Assembly: GCA_050084985.1 (NCBI GenBank)
Contig: JBITNC010000001.1
Coordinates: forward strand, 196,974,001 to 197,038,000
DNA: 64,000 nucleotides
Reading direction: 5' to 3'
Origin: Nageia nagi
Taxonomy: Eukaryota > Plantae > Pinophyta
Shown one piece after another: positions 26,501-38,809 of this stretch. Numbering within the stretch: the first letter of the stretch is position 1; the number at the start of each line of letters is the position of its first letter. The position numbers were made by a program, and so were the translations under genes. Below the pieces are notes generated by a model, which made no database searches, had not been told where the DNA came from, and worked only from the letters and a program-made list of their open reading frames with translations.

Positions 26501-29500
26501 CCTCTCAATTTATTTTGATAATATTTGTACATGTTTTATGATGTATTAAATTGCCAACATTCCTCCCCTATTACATCATGATCCAAACATCAGTAGGGAT
26601 ACTCACAATAACACAAAACAACCATACAATGAATTAGGACACTCATTCGTTCATCAATTACATTTAGAGTGCGAATAGGGACACACTCATTTGCATCATG
26701 CAATAGTAGGAATGGCCTCACTCTGCATTTTAAGTGGGAATGACCTTGATGGACATTTATCCAAAGATAGGGACACACTTATCTATCCATGATTCTTCAA
26801 CACAATTGGATAGGGACACAAACACGATCCAATATCAAAATTGAGAACATGTATACACAATATTGTTCACATAATCGTGTTTGCAAACATACTAAACCAC
26901 TCACAAATAATTGGATAAAGACACACTATCCAACATCAAAATTGTAAACAAGACACACATTACTGCTCACAATAATTGTAACCGGGTATACACACAACCA
27001 AACACAAAAAAATCAATTGGACAAGGCCTTATTGAATTACATCAGCTTGTCAATGGGACAAATACAACCATTCATAACAAGTGTGGCTTATTTGACTTTT
27101 AAATAATGCTAACTTACAATTATTTGACTTTTAAATGTGATTTATGGTCAAAATATCATTCCTTTTCATTGATCATAATGAAAGACTAAACCTTATTTAA
27201 GCACTTTAGAGACCCACTTCACTTCAAATGTGGGATAAACTGTGAACCCTGAATTCAAGGTTGTTTGTGCCATTGTAATTAAGTACATACTTCCACTTTG
27301 AAATAAAAATATGAATACCATAAACGAATAGCAATAATTTGGAATTCTCATTGGGATAAGGAACCAAATCTCAAGTTTGATTTTTCATAAGCGCCTCATA
27401 CTCTACTTTTATGGCTTTTACCCAGCACTCGTGCTTAGAAGCATCCTTGAAAGATGAGGGCTCATGTTTGTTGTCAATCTTGGCAAATAAGGATTTGATT
27501 AAGGTCATGCTCCTTGTTACCCTTTGAGTTGGAGAATTTTGCTTCTGAGGTGACTTGTCTACATCAATATCCAACCAGTTAGGTGCAACTAACGAGTCAT
27601 CTGGATCATCAACATCCTCATTAGGAGCAGGTTCTTTAGGAAGTTCATTGAACTTTACATCCTTAAAAACAAACACCTTCTTTGAGGATGGAAAGTAGAG
27701 CATGTAGCCTCTATGCTGACTGTCATAACTCACAAAGATGCATTTTTCAGCTCTTTTCTCTAACTTTTTTCTTTTTTCAGAAACAATGTAGGAGAACGCT
27801 TCACAAACAAACACCCTAAGATGTGAAATGTTAGGTTTTCTTTCTGACCATGTCTCAAAAGGAGTTTAACGTTGAACGGCTTTTGTGGGACACCTATTCA
27901 AGGTGTAAATAGCAGTGCTCACAGCTTCATTCTATAAGAAATTAAGAAGATTACCCAGCATGCATCTAGCCATCACCATAATTGTCCAATTTTTTCTTTC
28001 GGCAACATCCTTCTGCTGGCAAGTGTAAGGAATCGTAAATTGCCTCTTGATTCTATACTTAGCACAATAGTCATTAAACTCATTGCTATTATATTCTCCC
28101 CCATTGTCTGATCTCAACATCTTGATTTTAAGGTTAGTTTGATTCTCAACAAAGGTCTTAAAACTCTTAAGGTTTGATCTTTGTGCTCAAGTAGATACCC
28201 AAAGGTCATCCTACTAAAGTCATCAATGAAGGTCAAGACGTAAGATGTTCCTTCAAACGATTTAGTTTGAAATGGACCCATCAAATCTGAATGCACAAGT
28301 TGAAGAGGTTGAGATGCTCTTGTTGCCTTATCTTTTTCAAACTTTTGCTTATGCATCTTGTTGAGGATGCACTTCTCACATAGACCAATTGAAGGTGAAA
28401 TTGAAGGCAAACCTTCCACAAGTTCTTGTGGTTAAGGTGCCTTAAACGTTGGTGCCAAAGATCACCTCTCGAACACACACTTGTAACAAGACACATCTTT
28501 GATGGAACTTGATCCACAATATAGAGATCATCTTTTATTGATCCTTTAACCAACATGGCAAGTCCTTTCTTAATGCATCAGGATTGAGAGTCGAACTCAA
28601 AAAAGTACCCTTTTCTAGCAACTTAGATCACAGAGAGAAGGTTTATCCTAAGCTTAGGAACATAGAGCACATTATCAAGAACCTTCTCATGAATCAACAC
28701 ATTTTTAATGCCTTGGACTTCAAGGATAAAGTTATCACCTATCATAACTGCATCTTTTCTATACTTGTTAAAGTTCTCAAACTTATCCTTTTCAAAGCAT
28801 AGGTGATTAGTGCAACTAGAGTCAACAATCCAATCAAACAAAAAAGTGTGACACATGGAGTAGAGCGTCATAGCAAAACCAACTTGAATATTTTTTTTTC
28901 CTTTGAAGTTCTTTACATTTCTATTGCCTTTGTTCTTTTCCTCTCTTTTCTTTTTGTAACAATCAACTTCTTTGTGACTTTGGATGCCACAATAGTTACA
29001 ATTTCCATCAAACTTTGCCTTAGGATTTGGATTGTTTGCTTTGCTTTTTCCATCTCTTTGCTTGAAGTGGTTGTTTCCATTGTTCTTGCTGCTGTTGATA
29101 TTCATGTAGTTGCCGTTGTCTCTTTTCTCAAACCTTTTGGAGGAAGAAGAATAAGATTTCTTATGATGATTGAACTTCTTAAAAGGAGTTTTGGTTGCTC
29201 CAAGAGCAACGTTATTAACCTTAGGAGAAGAAATTAACACCTTTTTATTAAGAGTTTTTTCATGCTTCAAAAGGAGTTTAGAAAGGTTTTCAAGAAAGAA
29301 GACTTCTTCTTCATCATCAAGCCTTGTTTCCATAACTGTCACAAAGTTACCAAACTTTGAAGAGAGGCTTTGAAGAATGATGAAAACCATGAACTTATCG
29401 TTGATCCAATTGCATCCACAAGCAACAAGTTGGGTCCTAAGGTCAATGATTTTGTTCAAGTAGATAGCCACATTTTCATCTTCCCCTCGATGAGATTGAA

Positions 29501-32500
29501 GCAACTTTTGGATAATGGTAAACCTTTTTGAAAACTTTGAACCAAGGTAGATTTGCTTAAGCTTATCCCAAGCTTCCTTTATCGAGGTTGAAGAGGAAAT
29601 CATCAAGAGCACATCATCTGAAACTGCACGGAAGATCATGGAGGTTGCCAACTCATTGTTTGTGTTATAAGCCTCAAATGCCTTCTCATCTGTAGGAGGT
29701 ACAAGGTTCTCATTCACTATTTGCCAAAGCTTCCTTGCTTGCAATTCAGCGCTCATCCGAGGTTCCCAAATACCAAAGTTGGAACCATCAAGAATGTGTT
29801 TGGGTAAAAAAAAAGTCTTCCATTTGCTACACAAGAACGTGAAAAAATAATAAGCATGTGGTTTAAAAAACAACATTATATGTTAAGTTTTAACCAAATA
29901 AGTAATACATGTTACATTTAATTAACTAAGACATGCTTGTTTTGATTCACTAGTGCAAATGTTATACAACTCAAATAATAATCCATGCACCCAAATACAT
30001 TTCTTATCTTAAGAACCGTAGATGAAGAGTGATATTGTTGAGGCTTCTTTTCTTGTCTAAAATTAGGCCTTCACCTGGATGCCCACACAAGAGGAGCCCA
30101 AGTACTACCAATCCTCAACCAGTTTGCCTTGGTTAGTATTATACTTTCTCATAAAGAAAAGTACCTACTATTTTCCAAGGTTATGATGTTTATTGGATCG
30201 ATCGAATTATTAATCTTGATTAAGTTTCAAGTTGTCCTTCTAGGTTATTAAGATAATCTCTGAATGGACGTGCGGACATGTGGTATCACTACACACATGC
30301 CTGCCTACCTATTGGAGTTATGTCCAGACCAATAGAGGATGTAGGTGCAATTGAGAAGTACGGACTTTCACCATTTGGATCGTCAAATTTAAAGGCTCCA
30401 GTCTGTCTGTCCTCATCTCATGGCTCTCCAAACAAGTCATGTTGCGGAATGTACGTGTGGATGTGTTCCTTTTAAGGGGTTGCTCATTTCAATGTTTGTA
30501 TTTTTGTTTGCATAAGCAAATAAATCAAAATGCGAAACATGAAGTAAAAAAAAAAAGCATAAAAAAAATCATTCATTCAAGATTTGAAATCTAAATGTCC
30601 AATGGGTTTTGTTTACCAACCGCTAAAAGACATCTTTACATCATTCCTAATTTTGCACAAGTTAACTTTGCAAGAAAAATACTTAAGCATAAGCATGCAT
30701 TAATTCCATAATTTTCATATGTTAACTTTGCATAAAAGATAAATACTTAATAAGTTGGAATCATGCATCTTAAGGAATTTAAGTCATATGCATCATTAAC
30801 TTAAAAAATTTAAGTTCTAAACATGCATTATTAACTTAAAAAATTAAATAAAAATATTCATAAACTTTGCATAAAGATAAATACTTAGCATGCATTATTC
30901 CCAAGTCCATCTTTATATAAAAAATTTAGAAAGGTATCAAATATTCTATGCATTATTCCGATAACTTGATTTTTAAGTAAAAAATATCCATGAATTTTCC
31001 CCCTTTATTTTTTTACTTAAAAAATAAAGTAAGATGTCTTCCATGCAATAGATACCAAAAAGTATTTGTTATGTTACCTTTAAAAAAGCTAAGAATTGGC
31101 TCTAGTATCTTGATTGCAATAGGTAAAAAGAAATTACATTTTTTCCAAAGTAAAATAAGTTGTTAAGAACATTAATGCCAATAAAAAAAATTGCTATCTC
31201 AAAAGCAAAAAATAATTTTAACTAAGTAATTGCATACTTAAAAATATAGAAAAATATTCCTTGATCTAATAACTTCTAGAATCCTTTCTCCAAATAGACA
31301 AGGTAGAGAATTAAGAAGCCATCATTTAATTTGAACTCTAACTTATCTCCAAGTCATAGTGAGTCAATGAGAAATGATGGTAAAAGATAAAAAGCTTTAA
31401 TTAGGAGTCTATATTTTAACTTTTTGAACAAGAAAGGAATAAAAAAAGTACTCATTATTAAATATGGTAGAGTATTAAATGTAACCAGGAATAAAATGCA
31501 AGTCTAAGTTTTAATGTAAAAGAGCCCCAAAAAATAAAAAATGGAAGTCAATACAAGTTTTAATGTAAATTGGAGGAAGGGCAAAACTTGTTGAGACTCA
31601 AGAACCAAGCAAGAGGCTGTGCAAGGAGGGAAGGAGTTGTACAAGCAAAAATGGGCCGCATGAGCCACAGAGGAGGTCAAGGTGGGATTTTAAACCCCTA
31701 AAAAAAAGAGTGGTTGCGGGACCGATCGGTGTTGCAGAGGGCAAGAGCAAGGTTGGCCGTGATTCGTGAGCCACCACGAGAGTTGGGCAAAGCAAGGTTG
31801 TGAGGGCCAGAGAGGGCCGCGAGGTCCTAGACAGAAGAGAGTAGAGGGGAGAGAGCAAAGGTTGCGAGGGCGAAATTGAGGAGCTACGAGGGCATAATCA
31901 AGGCATCTAGGAGGAAAGGGTTGCGCAGAGTAAGAGGGCGCCTAGACACAGCAGAGAAAAAAATTACCCGCTCAAAACGTGTTTCTTGAATAAACAGACA
32001 AAGTTGATGGAAGTCAGGAAAGGTTTAATTGGAGGGCAAGAGAACAAACACAAGGCAAGGTGACCAGGCTATGAGAGCCTGCGAGGATGGCCGCAAGGAG
32101 GCTGTAACTAGGAAAAAAAATATGGCAACGTGTAGGATGTTAAACAGAAGTTCGCAGTCGTGGAAGACATGGTCAACACCATTGCTTCCCCTTAGCTATG
32201 AAATTTGAAAAAAAAAATACATAGATCCATACTGTCGCCTAATTTATTATTTTTTGAAACAATATATATATATATAATTTTTGAACAAATAGTTTTTTTT
32301 CTTTTAAAAAAAAAATTATGTAAAAATAAATGCAAATTTCTCAACAATTTAAAAAAAAAATGAAAGTTTTCCTTTTTTTATTTGATAATAAATGGTTTAA
32401 AAAATTGCATTTATTGTATACTGCTCAAAAAAAAGGTAAACAATTTGAAAAAAAAATAATTGCAATTAACACAAGAAGTTAGTATATATATATCCCAAAA

Positions 32501-35500
32501 AAAATGTATCATATTACTATTTTTCACAAAATTTGCAAAAAAATGAACTAACATAATCATAAAAGAATGTTAGTATCAGAATAAACAAAGAAAAGGATAG
32601 GGGGGTTATACCTCTAAATTGTTTTACCTCAAACAAGAAGAGTAAATCTCCAAATATGATGAAGTAGGATGAAGGATGAACCTCCAAGATAAAGATGAGC
32701 TTCCACACCTTGCTTTGATACCAAATGAAGAAGTTGCAATATAATATAAACAACTCTAAACTCCCAAGATCACATTTAAGCTCACAAATCACATCTAAAT
32801 AACTCACAAAGCAATCTCACAAAGATAACTCAAGATGTAAGTGGTTCCTCCAACTAGGAGTACATCCACTAACTAGATCTCTCTTAATCTCAAATATGAA
32901 CTCTTACAATTCTCCTAATCTCATCTCCTAAACACTATTCTATAGCATAACTTTACTCTTCAAATTGGTGTGTGATAACAAAGAGGGAGCCTTCTATTTA
33001 TATGCCAAAATCCCTTTTTGGATCACTCTTTTACTCAATGTACAAAGACATGACATGCACTCCCTTTTATTCAAGGGGCATGCTCATGACATGAAGTGTT
33101 AGGACAAGTTACATTATCGTATTTGCTTAAATACTTAAGGTATCTAATGATACCCTTAAGTATTAGTGAATTTACAAAGAAGATTAATACAAACCTTTAC
33201 AATAATGCATTATACATTCCAACAAAAAAGAGGTCCCAAAATAAAAGATAAGCCGAAAAGAAATCAAATGAACAATTCTCAATGGATTTCCAATGACATT
33301 GATCAATCAAATTTACATAGATTAGATCTTTTATCATACCATTACATTTGAGTTGATAAAAAAGTATTTCTTTCATACACAGAGCAAATTTCTAGCTAAG
33401 TCCAACTGTTAAATTGAAAATTCAAAAGTAACTTCAATCAATGGAATTCATTTCTCCTATTATACGCAGCTGTGCTTGAAATCAATGGTGTCAATACTAA
33501 GGTATACACCTCAATATAAATCAAACAACTGCCAAGCTTGATGCATGAAAACAAATTGAGACATAAGTTTTGCAGAACCTTTTGTACCACTTGGTAAATT
33601 CTTGCAAGAGATTAAACTTCAAGGGTTTTTAAAATGTTTTAAATGGTGGAAAATTGATCTCTTTTTTACAATACAAAATGAGGGTGTATATAAAATTTCC
33701 TCTCTAGTTTGCTATATCAACCAACTATAGCAGGCCATGGATATTGTCTTCTCGGCAGTATTGTCTTCACTATTTTTCATGCCGAAATTGTAGGTTGTGA
33801 TATTGCTTCTGTGACTGTGACATTATCGGATCGGGCCTGCAATATTGTCAAGGTATTATGAATCTTTTATAGTTTAATAATGTTGATCCAGTCATGGTAT
33901 TGTCAAGGCTTGTTTGCTGCACCTCAGAATTTTTCACATATGGGATTGAGAGAGTGCTGAGCTGCAATGCTTTTTCTGATTATTGTATTCTCATTGAGAC
34001 TGAATGCATATTTAATATTTTATGTCATGCTTTTTCTCTTTATAGTTTGTGAGTGTATGGTACATATAAGGTTTGTGGTTGCTGTTTGAATGTGAAGCAT
34101 GAACACCCTAGATACCAAGCCATGGGGGTAATAACCAAGACCTTATGAGATACATTGTTGCATATTTGCAATGAAAGCATTAGCTGATAACTATGTTCTG
34201 TAGCATCTAGTTGGAATAAAATATTGATTGAATTTGATGGAAGTATTTGCTAAAGAATTGTCTGCTATTGGGGTGCGAGGGTTCTGAGGTGCCACAGCAT
34301 AAATTTGACTATGGCATAGACGCTTAGAAGAGGAGCTACGACCGTACAAGCATTATTTGAGTGTGAACAACCTACCTCATTTCATTATGCTCTCTGTATT
34401 AAGATCAAATGCATATTCAAGTCTTATCATTTTATTCATACTCTGCATCTATGGCTATATCATACATGGTGCGTGATTGATGCATGAATGATATAATAAG
34501 CATGATGAACACTCAAAGAGACCAAATCATGGGGTATTTACCAATACCTTCCGAGGCATATAGTGATGCAATGAAACATAAGCCAATAATTACCCTCCAG
34601 CAACTAGTTTGCTTATTCAAGTGACCTAAATTGAGAAAGTATTCCCCAAGGTATTATCTGTGATAGGATTCCAGATTTTCAAGGTGCCACAACGCACATT
34701 TGACTATGGAGTATGTGCTTAAAAGATGAGTGACAAGCATTGTTTGAGCCTAAACAACTTTTATTATGCATTAGTTGGCAACAAGCAAAACAAGGGACTA
34801 CTTCCATGATTCAATAGCTCTATACGTTCTTCATTTTTGCGTTCATCTGTATGGAAATCTGGATCACTCAGAATGAACAACAAATGTAAAGTGGAAAGAT
34901 ATCTGGAATAGTAATATATTTTGATATTCAGAAATTTGTAGATGTGACTTGTTTTAATACTGTTTTGTAGTTTCTCTTGTGCAGCTGGTTGGATTGGGCA
35001 CGATGGCTTCTCAAGTGTTGTTGGTAAAAGTACAGCACATGGCATAGAAACAAGTGGGAGGGTGAGTTATATTTATATGTGTGTAAAGTGTGTTATTAAT
35101 TTGCATTTGAAATATTTTATGGGAAGGAATTATGAGGATGATTTATTCCTTGTTGGCGCAGGAACTTGATCACCTAAGAGCCATTGCCGTACTCATGACG
35201 ATTATAGTAATTATTGTAATTTTGTCAACAGTTGCTCTCATTAAGCGAGTCCTTATCACCCCTGCTGTTTTAAAGGTATGAGTCTGTTTCTTTTTCTGAA
35301 TATGGAAAGCATTGTGTGATTAGCTACCTGCTTGCTATAAATCATTTAGATGGATACTCAAGTTTTAGCTCGATTACTTCAACACAAATTAGGAAACCTA
35401 AAGATCAGACTAGTGGTATCACCATAAGAATGACAATGGAATTTGATTCAACACCCTAGTATGAAGATATAACTGTGTATATGCAGAGGTATCAATATAA

Positions 35501-37823
35501 GTAAGGTATAAAGTGAACGGGTTTGATGCCTTCCTGTGGATCCTGTACATTTAAAGTGTTTGATCCTGTATAAGTTGATACTTTGTTGAAAGCTTGTACC
35601 ATATGGCTTGCAGTTAATATAATCCTCTCTAAATATAACGAATTTGTGTAGATCCTAGAGCTTGTCTCCTGATTCCTTTCTCTGGGTTATTAGTAATATT
35701 TTGCAAAGCATGTTGAGGAGTTGACTTTTTTTTCATCATCTAAGTTTGATACACCCTACTGTCTGGAGCAGTTGGTGTCCCATGCATGTTTTAAGAAATA
35801 TAAATATGAACATAAAACAGTTGCAATATTGAAGGTTCATGAAGGCTCAATCTGGAGTAGAAGCTTACCAATTTTGTTATGATTAAAGCGATGATGTGGA
35901 GATGAAACCATAAACCACAGATCAGAATCATATCTTCTCAATCTACTGTCTTGTTTTTCTTTCTTTTATTGTTGACAGCCACGAATCTCTTCATTCAGCC
36001 AATCTAGTTTTTATTTTTCCTTTTGGTGAGATCTCTAGGACCGAAGCACAATTTACTCTTCTTTACTTTTCAATTCCTTATCCCAAGTGATTTTTCCTTT
36101 CCCCAGAGTAGAAAGAATAGAGACATTTACATATCTTGAAACTTATCTATTGTATTTGCTATGTGAACAAGTAGAATGAATTTTTTTATGGGTTCTGATC
36201 AAAGATAGCAATTTCGGAAGGATATTTCTGGTCATAATTGCATGCCCATTTTTCATGCATCAGTTCATAGTTAAGTTTTACGTTAAAGTTTTCAAATGGA
36301 TATTTTTTATATCTAAGCTTTCAAATGTCAATTTTGTTTCATTGAACGTTATCATCCGATTGATTACCTTGCAAATGCCTGGCAGGTGGCTTCAAAAGCC
36401 ATTGGAGCAATACGGATGATGATTATATTTCCTGTTCTTCCTTTTGCTATTCTTGGAATCTTTTACATGTACTGGGTGGGAGTAGCATTATATCTTTTCA
36501 GTGCAGGTGAAGTTCGTCAGAATGATTGCAACGGTAACTGTTGTGCTTATGATCTTATTGCTGGTAAGGTCAAATGTGATGGCTGCTGTGGTTACAGCAT
36601 TTACTATACCCACCATATTACTCTGGCCATCCTTTATCATCTTTTTGGAGGTTTTTGGATCACCCAGTTTATAATGGCATGTTCAGTCACTGTGATTGCT
36701 GGCTCTGTTACCTCTTACTACTGGGACCGTGGTGAAACTTCAGTAAGCGTTAGTTTCTTGTTTCAGTGTTTCTAACTGTTTTAATTTAGTCTTGTAGCCA
36801 ATGTCTCCTGAATGAGATATCTAAATGATGAGAAATTATACTGCAGGAAATGTTCTTCCTTCCACTTATTTCTTCAGTTAAACGGCTTTTACGCTACAGC
36901 CTTGGTTCCATGGCACTTGGTTCATTGGTTGTAGGATTTGTTGAGTCTATCCGCTACATTCTTGAATGTATTCGGCGGCGGTTCAAACTTGTGGAAGCTA
37001 GACCAGGAGGTTTAATTTTCAGATCAATTTGGTGTTGTAGACAGTGTTGCTTAGGGTGCGTTGATCAGACCATAAGATTTGTAAACCGTAATGCTTACAT
37101 CATGGTGAGCAACAACAAATTTGTTGGAGTTCTTTATCTGTTGTGTTCTCCCATTTGGCATTTTGTAGGGAAAATTATATACATATTTCCACCAATTATG
37201 AATCAGTGATAACTTTTGAGTTTTTAACGTTGTTTACAGATTGCAATCACTGGGAAAGGTTTCTGTACAGCTGCTGAAATGGCAACTGGATTGATCATTA
37301 ACAACGTGCTGAGGATAGGCTCAGTTAATGTTATTGGGGATGTCATTCTGTTTTTGGGCAAGCTATGTGTTAGCCTTGCATGTGCACTGTTTGCATTTCT
37401 CATGCTAGACACACACCCATACAGGTCTGCTCATGATAAGGTCTCATCCCCACTATTTCCAGTGCTGGTGAGTTGGGAAGTTCATCTGATAATATCTCTA
37501 CAAATTTTTGAGTTCTTAGACTTGGATTTGTTACCTTTATTTGTATTATCGAGAAGTGCATTTTTAGAGTTTGTGATATTGTATTATTGCAGTCTAGTGG
37601 GTTACAATCAAAACTGTCTTCAAATTTCTGTGTGCAGGCTTGTTGGGGCATTGGGTATATTGTTGCTTCTCTTTTTTTTGCTGTTGTAGAAACAACTATT
37701 GATACAATAATACTATCCTTTTGCCAAGACACAGAAGAGCATCACGGAATGCCACAATACGCACCACCACTACTTATGGAGACCTTCAGAAATCACAATG
37801 AGATGCAACGACTAACACAGTGA
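11338..37823 (+). CDS. CTL1: Choline transporter-like protein (SLC44/CTL family), 10 exons: 11338-11526, 11724-12085, 25568-25713, 26009-26192, 34985-35061, 35162-35275, 36386-36742, 36847-37104, 37240-37467, 37638-37823; ~699 aa once one extra base at ~11446-11449 is removed
   Basis: The spliced translation follows plant CTL1 end to end: RKCRD..FL..FIAF, NSSFAFNRGDPHRLVYGVDYKG, WVCDYP, GPCYPVIFPS, RYVADVGKAWPVLIVCGG, YSLGSMALGSL, NRNAYIMIAITGK, IGDVILFLGKL, IDTIILSFCQD. All nine introns are GT-AG with consistent phases. Exon lengths sum to 2100 nt after the 1-nt correction. Confidence 0.93.
11724..12085 (+). CDS. CTL1: CTL1 exon 2 (Cys-rich extracellular/luminal loop)
   Basis: Acceptor tgcag ending 11723; LVYGVDYKGHVCG...GPCYPVIFPSAN; donor gtgag at 12086. 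Confidence 0.93.
13550..14420 (-). mobile_element. LINE (L1) ORF2 3' remnant with RNase H-like region, in intron 2
   Basis: Minus strand reads KFNFDRTSKE at ~13880-13915, resembling the KxNFDGxSKGNPG motif of plant L1 RNase H; degraded. Confidence 0.55.
14930..16920 (-). mobile_element. Ty3/Gypsy (chromovirus-like) pol remnants, in intron 2
   Basis: RT/RH motifs (KIAALLTTLTKKDAF at ~16840-16880; AFESEYLSRRNFGKSTY at 16479-16706) and chromodomain-like WKDLLEKNATW at ~15070-15115. Confidence 0.65.
17950..21290 (-). mobile_element. Degenerate L1-type LINE (ORF1 plus ORF2 endonuclease/RT), in intron 2
   Basis: ORF1-like LFIKPW...PVWVRFYNLPLELW (21000-21269); endonuclease start MKIVSWNVGSLNAP at 20543; RT motifs RPISLCNTMYK and MKIDIQKVYDIVDW (19009-19335). 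Confidence 0.88.
21305..21599 (-). repeat. Partial LTR-like repeat, copy 1 (diverged copy at ~23592-23870)
   Basis: Shared blocks ttttggagcaatggcttg, aacc(c/t)tatacctaa, taaggtatt, cttacaaatatt. Confidence 0.6.
23592..23870 (-). repeat. Partial LTR-like repeat, copy 2
   Basis: Collinear with 21305-21599. Confidence 0.6.
25568..25713 (+). CDS. CTL1: CTL1 exon 3
   Basis: Acceptor atcag; VFWSCQFAGRPSNASLHFWKQMGGVDID...HEAVLK; donor gtttg. Confidence 0.9.
26009..26192 (+). CDS. CTL1: CTL1 exon 4
   Basis: RYVADVGKAWPVLIVCGGLLPLFLSIIWL...YFYTK; donor gtcag. Confidence 0.92.
26334..26569 (-). mobile_element. Short (~226 bp) LTR with PPT, in intron 4
   Basis: Minus strand: aggggaggaa PPT (26560-26569), then TGTTGGCAA... 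ending ...CTACA at 26334. Confidence 0.5.
27340..33224 (-). mobile_element. 3'-truncated Ty1/Copia element in CTL1 intron 4: LTR 32726-33224, PBS 32712-32723, gag-protease 28623-29823, integrase; broken at start of RT
   Basis: LTR TGTTGGAATG...TTCA; PBS TGGTATCAAAGC; 417-aa ORF with zinc knuckle CNYCGIQSHKEVDC and protease WIVDSSCTNH; integrase LQLVHSDLMGP and LRSDNGGEY; same family as 45914-54247. Confidence 0.93.
34090..34765. repeat. Old diverged tandem duplication (~400-bp period) in intron 4
   Basis: Blocks catggg(g)gta, tgcaatgaaa, aggtgccaca, atttgactatgg, acaagcatt.tttgag recur at 34090-34375 and 34495-34765. Confidence 0.75.
34985..35061 (+). CDS. CTL1: CTL1 exon 5
   Basis: Acceptor tgcag; AGWIGHDGFSSVVG...SGR; donor gtgag. 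Confidence 0.88.
35162..35275 (+). CDS. CTL1: CTL1 exon 6
   Basis: ELDHLRAIAVLMTII...KRVLITPAVLK; donor gtatg. Confidence 0.9.
36386..36742 (+). CDS. CTL1: CTL1 exon 7
   Basis: VASKAIG...NCCAYDL...CCGYSIYYT...VIAGSVTSYYW; donor gtaag. Confidence 0.93.
36847..37104 (+). CDS. CTL1: CTL1 exon 8
   Basis: EMFFLPLISSVKRLLRYSLGSMALGSL...NRNAYIM; donor gtgag. Confidence 0.92.
37240..37467 (+). CDS. CTL1: CTL1 exon 9
   Basis: IAITGKGFC...IGDVILFLGKL...SSPLFPVL; donor gtgag. Confidence 0.93.
37638..37823 (+). CDS. CTL1: CTL1 exon 10 (last, to TGA)
   Basis: ACWGIGYIVASLFFAVVETTIDTIILSFCQD...QRLTQ*. Confidence 0.93.
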   Translation, partial: ACWGIGYIVASLFFAVVETTIDTIILSFCQDTEEHHGMPQYAPPLLMETFRNHNEMQRLTQ

Positions 37824-38809
37824 GTTGTCATGAGATTTGCAGATTGAGCAAGCGTCACATATTATATTTGTGATGGCTTGCCTCCATGGGTGAGCCAAAT
37901 TGAGTATGCATTACCAGAATCACAGACCTCATTCAGGAAAAGTCGATTACTTTGACAGGAGAGTCTCTACTTGCCTCCATATCATTATAATAGTTTTGAG
38001 CCTTGAGCTGTATATTATAGGTAAGTGGTTTTGTTAGTTTTGTTTTTCTTTTGATAACCAGATCTTCAAGGGTCAGGCGAGTTCAATTGCAGTAAATAAG
38101 AATCCATGTGTACAAATTTTAAAAAAAGTGATATTGTCTTGAAGCAATAGCGATTGATTTTAAAAATCTTGTTCTGCATTCGTTCAGTTCTTTTATTTTA
38201 ATTTGCATCATGCCTTTGGCATAATTTGTATTACATTAGAATAGACTTATAAGTGCAACCTCCAATACCTATAAAGTTAAAATGCATATTACTTTTCCAC
38301 AATAAAGAAATAAGGTCGTCTGCAATGCTTTAGCTATTTTTGAAAACCATAGGCCATGAAGAATGAAGGTCGTAGGTGAACAAAACAATCGTGAACAATT
38401 TGAGGTAAAATCTATTCCAATCGAAGGGCTTGATTGCCATTTTTACACTCTGGTTTTCAATTTCATGGTGCAAGTATTCCAACAATACATTTGCTTATGC
38501 TATTGTATATATTTCAAGGTGAAAAGGATGTCTTTCCATCGTGGATGTTGTTTTTATCAAATGAAAAATATATTTGTTGATATTATATGCTTGTTCTTGT
38601 AATGAATCGATTTAATGCTCCTTTATCCTCTAAACTTTTAGCAATATTTTGTGCTATGGTTATTCTATAACTTCACTAAACTTTCTGTTAACACCTTTTT
38701 TTTCTTCCATTTAGACCTGACGTGAATGTGACTGCTCCACCTTGCATGTTTACTTAACTTTAATTGATTCACTTCCAATTAGAGTTTCATTTGTAGTTTC
38801 AATAGCATA

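Noticed and set aside
28803-29373. Plus-strand ORFs (and 49636-50040 on the minus strand)
   Set aside because: They are antisense shadows of Copia gag.
30278-30475. MWYHYTHAC ORF shared with 48352-48636
   Set aside because: The frames diverge between the two copies, so the similarity is explained by nucleotide conservation.
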